Assembly: GCA_907165135.1 (NCBI GenBank)
Contig: OU015567.1
Coordinates: 7,874,001 to 7,938,000 of the forward strand
Length of the DNA stretch: 64,000 bases
Direction of reading: 5' to 3'
From: Oikopleura dioica
Taxonomy: Eukaryota; Animalia; Chordata
Shown: positions 57,943-64,000 of the stretch, one piece after another
Numbering within the stretch: the stretch's first letter is position 1
Layout of the letters: the number at the start of each line of letters is the position of its first letter
Notes under the pieces: generated by a model
Seen by the model: the letters and a program-made list of their open reading frames with translations, nothing else
The model's database searches: none
What the model was told of the DNA's origin: nothing
Translations under genes and position numbers: made by a program

Positions 57943-59754
57943 CTATCCGCGTGGCCTTTTGGCGTTTCGTTTCGCTGTTGCGACTGGGACCTGTGATAGA
58001 ACAACAGCCTCTAAAAAATAGTAAAGAAAGATATAAAAGATTGATCTACCTTGTTTCACTGAATCAAGAATGAGAGCATCGACCGGAATTCGCATCGCCA
58101 TAGCACTCCAATTTTCAGTAGTTGTTTCTTTATTTTCATAATTAGCAAACCCCGCAAGTGGTTTTTCAAAAGTCACTCGTATATTAACAGTAGCGTGGAT
58201 TCCTTGCATTGGAGCAAACGACATTGGAACAATCCAGTTTTCAGTAATAAATTGAAAATAATCCAATCCTTCACCCACAGATTTGTTTTCGTATCTTCCG
58301 TTATGGTGTAAAAAATTGATATAATGATCCCGCGGTGATTTCCATGGGGTTCCAAAAGAAAACTTGTTATCTACGAGAATAGAGAACTCCTTGATAACAA
58401 ATCCTTTTTCAAACAGAGTCGTTTTTGTAATGCACTGATCAAAGGATCCTGGACATCGAGCGCCGCGCATGCCGGTAAAAACCAACCATTCGGGAAGAGG
58501 TCCAGAAGAGATTTCGAATTCGTATGTTTGTAAACCAGGACTCAAATTCTGCATAATCAGTCGAGGATAATAAAATGGAATTTTTAACTGTCCTTTAACA
58601 CCCGTTGTAAGAGGTTTTTCACTCGCTTTGGGCTCACAGAACACACTTTCAAGCATTATGTTCTTTAAATGATATTTCTCGAAAAACCTCTTACTAGGAT
58701 AATCAACAGCACTATTTTTCTTCCAAAAATGGACATACTGTTTATCATTATCTTTAGCGAGAATAAATTTAGGTATTTTACAATAGACCATATGAGGTCT
58801 GAAAGTACCACTTTCAAGTATGGTACTCTTCGGCACAGCTTGTTTTCTCCCAAGATCAAGAATTTCAATGTATTTGAGGTACTCCCTTGTTTCATACTTA
58901 GTTTTACCATTTGAGTCAACAGCTAAACAATCACAGTCGTCCAGATACTCGTGTTTTACAGAATTATTCACCAGTAAAAGGTCGGGGTGATAAGGAAATC
59001 TGATCTTGGAGACAATTTTTCCATTTGCATCACTCTCGTAAATATTATCGTAATCAGTACGACATTCTGTAAATTCAGAAAATTTCTGCAAAAATAACTT
59101 AGCATCGTTTACTTTGACCAAGAAAGAGACCCTTGACCCGGGAGGTAAAACTTTCTCTTGCCGAGCTAAACCATGAGTAATCGGAGTCCGCAAATTGTAA
59201 TCGTACCAAAGAACATCGTAAGATAGCGCACTGCCATCAGTCGACAATTTGATTGTATCAGGTTCAGGTTTCCAATTTTTTTCTGCGTATTGCTGTCTGT
59301 TCTCCACAAGAGTTTTCCCATTGTGCTTCACCCGTTTTGTTTCCAGTTCATCGCTATCAACATCGAAAGCGTCAAAGTGTCCCTCTACAAACATTTCAAT
59401 CTCTTGAGCTTTTGGGGAGAAGTTAAGTTTCTTGATAAAATGATTGAAAAAGGCGTATTCCAACCCATCAGTAAATGATGAAAAGATAGTACTGTCCAGA
59501 ATTTTCACTTCAAACTTATTAACCATCTTTGCAGCCACATCGTTGTCAGGAACGAAATTTGAAGGCATCTCCATTTGATAATGAAACATACATCGGTCAA
59601 GTTTTATAGGAAGCTTATCTTCGGGAACCGTAAAACAAATTTCACCTTCAAGCGGATGAGTTGCCAATCGCATAACTACTTTGTATCCAGTAAATGGATC
59701 TTCAATTTTCTTTTTAGGAATGTAATAAAGAAGCTGCCCATAGTTTTCGGTCAT
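57943..59754 (-). CDS. Polinton major capsid protein (double jelly roll, PY), with about 135-aa insertion and probable 39-bp intron (58011-58049)
   Basis: Motif order matches PY-type MCPs: NDVAAKMVNKFEVKI, EYAFFNHFIKKLNFSPKAQ, PITHGLARQEKVLPP, GPLPEWLVF, GSFD, ILVDN, Y.NFL...G, VNIRVTFEKPL, LILD; basic C-terminal NLS-like KRNAKRPRG. Confidence 0.85.
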   Translation of the reverse strand: MTENYGQLLYYIPKKKIEDPFTGYKVVMRLATHPLEGEICFTVPEDKLPIKLDRCMFHYQMEMPSNFVPDNDVAAKMVNKFEVKILDSTIFSSFTDGLEYAFFNHFIKKLNFSPKAQEIEMFVEGHFDAFDVDSDELETKRVKHNGKTLVENRQQYAEKNWKPEPDTIKLSTDGSALSYDVLWYDYNLRTPITHGLARQEKVLPPGSRVSFLVKVNDAKLFLQKFSEFTECRTDYDNIYESDANGKIVSKIRFPYHPDLLLVNNSVKHEYLDDCDCLAVDSNGKTKYETREYLKYIEILDLGRKQAVPKSTILESGTFRPHMVYCKIPKFILAKDNDKQYVHFWKKNSAVDYPSKRFFEKYHLKNIMLESVFCEPKASEKPLTTGVKGQLKIPFYYPRLIMQNLSPGLQTYEFEISSGPLPEWLVFTGMRGARCPGSFDQCITKTTLFEKGFVIKEFSILVDNKFSFGTPWKSPRDHYINFLHHNGRYENKSVGEGLDYFQFITENWIVPMSFAPMQGIHATVNIRVTFEKPLAGFANYENKETTTENWSAMAMRIPVDALILDSVKQGRSIFYIFLYYFLEAVVLSQVPVATAKRNAKRPRG

Positions 59755-60205
59755 TTTCGTTTACTAAAATTTATTTTAATATCAATGAACAATAAAATGA
59801 TTGAGATGAGCAAATAAAAAAACAAAAATAATAACATGAATTTTGATGGTAAGAAAGATAACGAAATAAAGGCCAAGATTTGATTTAACAAATAAATCAA
59901 TGAATTTAAATAAATGTCCGAGTCCGTTGAGCAAAAGTGATCGAATTCTTTTCTTTATTATCGGCGTCGTCGTCGTCGTCGTCGTCTTCGAGGAAACCTT
60001 CGCCTCTTCGTTGTTGTTTTCCGACGAGGACGACGTCGAACCAATCTCGAGGTCCTCCGTTTCGGTCCAGGTCTCCGGCGACGTCGAGGAGTTGTCCGAA
60101 TTCGGGAAAGTTGTGGTCTCAGAATAAAGGATCGTAGACGAGTCATTTTGGTTAATCTCTTCGTCGACGGAGAGTAATAATAAGTCCGTTATCTAAAATA
60201 TATTC

Positions 60206-62307
60206 TCAAGATTCAGAAAGCGGCAACACAAGATTGAGTTCGTTTTCATAAAACCGTCGGTCTAAAGTTTCTCCATTGGGCCCTTCTAGTTCAAATGTAA
60301 AGACACGAGCTCCTTTATTGATATGTACGATTTGATAAAGCTCTTTCGACCATTTTGAAACCGAGCCTTTATCGAAAATTCGCTGCATGCTTGGATCTTT
60401 CACTTTTCGCACAAGATCACCCAAGTGAAGTCTACAGTGGTGTGAGGAGTTTCCGCACCCTTTGTGAGTGCTGCGTTCGCGCACCCCTAGCCCGCACTTT
60501 TTCTACTATTTTCTTCTAGAAGTAGCAAAAGTGAGTGCTGCGTTTCCGCACCCTTTACCCGCACTTTAGGGGTGCGGAAACTCCTCACACCACTGTACTT
60601 CCAGTTTGACGTTTCATTTTTGATCGTAGACTTTCCAAATAATCAAAGAGCTGTGGTGCGTTCGTACGATTAACATCACTTGGTCTCATGTTTATTGACG
60701 AGTGAATTGAATTATTGATTGCTTGATTCACATCATCCAATATATGTGTCCATCTCTTAACTCCATTCTGAGCCGTAAAAGCTCTTGCAAAACGAGTTTC
60801 CAAAGTGCGGCTAGAAATAAATAACTGAAAATTTGAAATAAACTTACTTGAATCTTTCCACCATCGCTGCTTTATGGCGGCCGACTAAATGCACAGGCGT
60901 CATACCCCATTCCTTCAGTAATTCCTTAGTAGGTCCCAAAAATTCACTACCCTTATCAGAACAAAAGAAAGTATGTCCGGGTAAATCAAGTCGCTCAAAA
61001 ATATGCTTCAATTCCTTCGAAGTTTCCTCCGCAGTCAAAGTCTTTAACATTCTAACAAAACTCTGACGAGATAATGCATCAATAACACATAAAATATATC
61101 TGTATCCATTATTTACACGACCATAGTTTTTATACGCAGCGATAGTATCGGCAAATAACGTGGTATAGAGTCCGCTAGCAATTATTGGATTACGAGTAAA
61201 ATTATAGCGAAAAGGTTTATGTAAAGAAATAGGTTCGTTCATGCGTTTAAAACGTTTCAAGTCAAATCCACTATAATAAGATTCTTTATTCGGGTTATAC
61301 ATTAAATCGAGAGCAAAAGGAGGTCTTTTAGTTGTTTCAGTATTATTCGAATCATTTTGTCCAGAAATCTGTGATGTCTGTGACTGCTCGATTCTCGACG
61401 ACATTGTCTCCCCTATCGGAGTCATACTCGGACTTCTCTCCCTCGGAGCTATCTCCGGCTCCCTTATCTCCCTTCTTGTTTTTATTACTAGCGGACTTTC
61501 CGGATTTAGACTTTCCTGACTTTGATTTGTTTGGGGGTTTTGATACTGTAGTGACTCTTCCAACAGACCGCTTGGACCGTTCATTCTGTCGCTTGAATTT
61601 GTACGCGGGGTTCTCGACAATAACGGACTGCGATCGTCTGGAATCGGCTCGTCTGGCAATGTTATGTCTTCCACCCGATTTTTTTCTAGCATCTTTAGAT
61701 TTTGGTCTGGTCTCATTATCTGATTCCTCGGATTCATCGACGTCTGAATCTTCATCATTTGAAGTTGTTTCGGAATCGTAATATTTCCGGCTTCGTTTCG
61801 AGCTCCTATTATTTGTGTCATGAATTGAATTCCGCCATTTTCGGAAATCAGAGCTGGTGATAGAATAACCGTCGGATTTATTGGCTTTTCTTTTAGTGCG
61901 TTTGATCGGATGCCGTCTATTTGGTTCATCTTCTTCGCAACTGCTGACGTCCACGTCTTTATAAAGTCGTTTCCGCCCGCGTTTGGTTGTAGTACGGATG
62001 ACAGTTGGTTTCTTCTTTCTACGAGCCTTTTTGAACTTCCGTTTTGACCGAGACTTTTCAAAGTCTTGGCTGTCCTCGGAATCATAGAAGTCCCTTTGCT
62101 CTTGCTGCTGATACCGTCTCTGATTACGGGCGATTGTGTACTGACCATTCTCTTCATCGGACTCTTCTTCCTCCTCGCTAGATTTTTCTTCCTCATCTGA
62201 GCTTGAAAACGCTCTTCTCTTTCGAGATTTTTTTGATGATCCTCTAGGAAGGGTTCTGTTGCATAATCCTGCAACCATTTTGGCTGTTTCGTCTTCCTCC
62301 GTGTCAT
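60206..62307 (-). CDS. int: Retroviral-like (rve) integrase of Polinton type, with a 37-bp intron (60811-60847), a MITE insertion and a possible long N-terminal extension
   Basis: LHKPFRYNFTRNPI, FADT (D), YILCVIDALSR, SDKGSEF (D), AAMVERFN|RTL (E), YNNS-equivalent INNSIHSSINMRP, LGDLVR, FDKG...WSKELY, FYENEL. The core starts near DLMYNP (about 61300). Confidence 0.9.
60435..60595. mobile_element. 161-bp Tc1/mariner-type MITE inserted in the integrase CDS
   Basis: 26-bp perfect TIRs CAGTGGTGTGAGGAGTTTCCGCACCC; TA TSD (60433-34, 60596-97); removal restores ...QTGSRLHLGDLVRK... Confidence 0.95.
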
Positions 62308-62467
62308 AGTCAGGGTAATTTTCCTCTTTTGTCTTAGGAGCTCGGACTCTAACGCGATTAGTTATTGGATTAATTTCCCAGTAAGAGCATATATTTTCCA
62401 TCTGGGATAAGGAGAAAAAACATCCTCCATTAAGGGGGGCTTTACTTCCAGTATTTAACGTACTCAT
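61352..62467 (-). CDS. 371-aa charged low-complexity protein overlapping the integrase 5' extension in another frame
   Basis: ATG-initiated ORF with S/E/D and K/R tracts; shares 956 nt with the 60844-62307 ORF. Confidence 0.65.
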   Translation of the reverse strand: MSTLNTGSKAPLNGGCFFSLSQMENICSYWEINPITNRVRVRAPKTKEENYPDYDTEEDETAKMVAGLCNRTLPRGSSKKSRKRRAFSSSDEEEKSSEEEEESDEENGQYTIARNQRRYQQQEQRDFYDSEDSQDFEKSRSKRKFKKARRKKKPTVIRTTTKRGRKRLYKDVDVSSCEEDEPNRRHPIKRTKRKANKSDGYSITSSDFRKWRNSIHDTNNRSSKRSRKYYDSETTSNDEDSDVDESEESDNETRPKSKDARKKSGGRHNIARRADSRRSQSVIVENPAYKFKRQNERSKRSVGRVTTVSKPPNKSKSGKSKSGKSASNKNKKGDKGAGDSSEGEKSEYDSDRGDNVVENRAVTDITDFWTK

Positions 62468-62855
62468 GAGAACTTAATATATTAGAATTGCTCAAACTCA
62501 ATCTTGTAAAAATAGAATAAAAACAAAAATAAAAGAAATAAATTACCTGCGACATTACCTTTTTAAGTCTGAAAAAACTTTTTTCCGAGAGGTGTGATTT
62601 CTCCAAAAGAGAAATGAATTATGAGAAACGCACTCAAGGTCAACATTTATAAACACGATGGAACAGCGCCACCTGACACATCATCTAAAACAACAGTATA
62701 AATAAACGTGTCCGATCATTCTTGCTCAAAGTACGAAATGTTGAACCTTGAGAAAATAGAAAAAAATTGTTATCAACAATCGTCAGCATCAATAAAATAT
62801 CTGGCAAAGAAATCATAGGAAGCAACGAATTCAAAGCTACCGGGAACAAATCACT

Positions 62856-63585
62856 ATGTCGACCATTATCACAAAGTTCTTACCAGATATACGATTTCAA
62901 CATCCGTGCTCTCTATTTATAAGTGGAGCAACTGGGAGTGGCAAAAGTAACTTTGTAAAAAATTTAATAGAATGCGAAGGTATACGCGGAGAAATGACAG
63001 ATATATATTACTTCATGCCACGTCTCGAGACAATAAATATTCGACCACCTGCACACCAAGAATTATTTTTAATGGAAGGTCTGCCAACAAAAGAATGGGT
63101 AGATGACACGTTCAAAACTGAAGATAATAACAACGTGATTGTTGTAGACGATCAGTGGTCCCAAGCAGTAAATAGCCCGGTTATCGAGTACCTTCTCACA
63201 TATGGTCGTAGACATCTCCGGCTGACTCTAATCTTTATAAGTCAGAATTTCTACGAAAAATCGAAAATTTCCATCACCCTAAGGTAAATGATGACTTAAT
63301 TTTATATTTATTTTCTGAATTTTTAGGAATTGTATGACAATATTTATTCTATTTAAAAATAATACAGATACAGGCATAAATAAAACAGTCGCCACAAAGA
63401 CAGGCGAAGTGGAAGCGTACAACGCAGCTATGCGCCTTTTTAAAGAACGAAGAATCCCAACCTTCTACTACGTTATCCTGGTAAGAGACATAAATCACCC
63501 GGATCAACCACGTGTTATGACAAACTATTTCGGGGAGATCCCTGGACTTGGCGGCGCACCCTGGCTATTCGACGTTCAACAGTAG
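62856..63585 (+). CDS. A32/FtsK-like DNA-packaging ATPase (about 228 aa, 43-bp intron at 63284-63326)
   Basis: RFQHPCSLFISGATGSGKS (Walker A), VIVVDD (Walker B), YGRRH, ISQNFY, ITLR|NCMTIFILFKN - typical Maverick ATPase. Confidence 0.92.
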
Positions 63586-63707
63586 TTACCTGCATTACAC
63601 ATTTCAAATAAATAAAAGAGTAAAAATTAAATGAAAGCAGTTTATTTTGATCTTTGGTGAGTAATCAGTTTCTAGAACGTTTGTTTTCTTTTTTTGTCGT
63701 GAATAGA

Positions 63708-64000
63708 TCAAGAAGAATTGTCTTCGCCAATGGCGGTGGATGAAGTAGCAGCCTGCTCGTTTTCTTCTTTCCTAAAACCATAAGATAAGAATTCGAGATC
63801 GAGAATAAGAATAAATGAGATATCGCAAAATTTGATAAATTACGACTAGATCCTAGCGGTGTGTAAAATATGTAACTTTCGTAACTTACTTCTCACTTTC
63901 CAAAATGATTTTCTGCTCCTCTTGATATCTTCTCACAAGATTGAAGATGGCATAATCGAAGTCTTCTGGTTGATGCAGTTGCGGACGAAGCGCATGGCGA
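63708..64000 (-). CDS. 3' part of a spliced hypothetical gene entering from beyond the window
   Basis: RHALRPQLHQPEDFDYAIFNLVRRYQEEQKIILESE| GTAAGT donor, then a probable last exon KEENEQAATSSTAIGEDNSS*. Confidence 0.45.

Larger units (their letters stand above)
27612..64000. mobile_element. Giant Maverick/Polinton (endogenous polinton-type dsDNA virus); right end outside the window, left end inferred
   Basis: pPolB, MCP, rve integrase and A32-like ATPase cluster at 51-63.6 kb (high confidence). The left boundary (low-moderate confidence) rests on an AGTAGT start, subterminal repeats and a run of ORFan genes with no recognisable host gene between 27.6 and 51 kb. Confidence 0.75.

Noticed and set aside
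59900-60180. Low-complexity (GAC/GTC)n region as an extra integrase exon or chromodomain
   Set aside because: A phase-0 splice is possible, but no domain motif is recognisable and the frames are ambiguous.
52183-63585. Assignment as NCLDV, nimavirus/nudivirus or adenovirus
   Set aside because: The PolB is protein-primed type and co-occurs with rve integrase, PY-type MCP and Maverick-type ATPase; no RNA polymerase, PIF or hexon genes were seen.

Overview
Eukaryotic (metazoan) genomic DNA with very short introns (mostly 37-90 bp), several obligatory GA-AG and GC-AG introns, and tightly packed co-oriented genes with 3' splice acceptors right before their ATGs. This points to an appendicularian tunicate such as Oikopleura (inference; no database check). 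Positions 1-27 kb are host genes: WDR55, an ADD-domain-only ATRX-like gene, IFT140, a paraplegin-like AAA protein lacking HExxH, PLRG1, ankyrin, PLAC8, aldo-keto reductase and two tandem MFSD4-like transporters, interspersed with MITEs. From about 27.6 kb (candidate terminus AGTAGT) to beyond the right edge lies what appears to be a very large (>36 kb) Maverick/Polinton endogenous virus. Its recognisable core (51-63.6 kb) comprises protein-primed PolB, double-jelly-roll major capsid protein, rve integrase and A32-like packaging ATPase, each carrying a short spliceosomal intron. About 24 kb of intron-rich ORFan accessory genes precede the core; their membership in the element is inferred, not proven. 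They include a furin-site/Ser-Gly type II membrane protein, a mucin-like secreted protein and a gene overprinted in two frames across three exons; a second long two-frame overlap lies at the integrase N-terminus. Two MITEs sit inside coding exons (Maverick integrase and host WDR55) and could each be spliced out in frame, like Introners. Exon structures were worked out by hand and are approximate.
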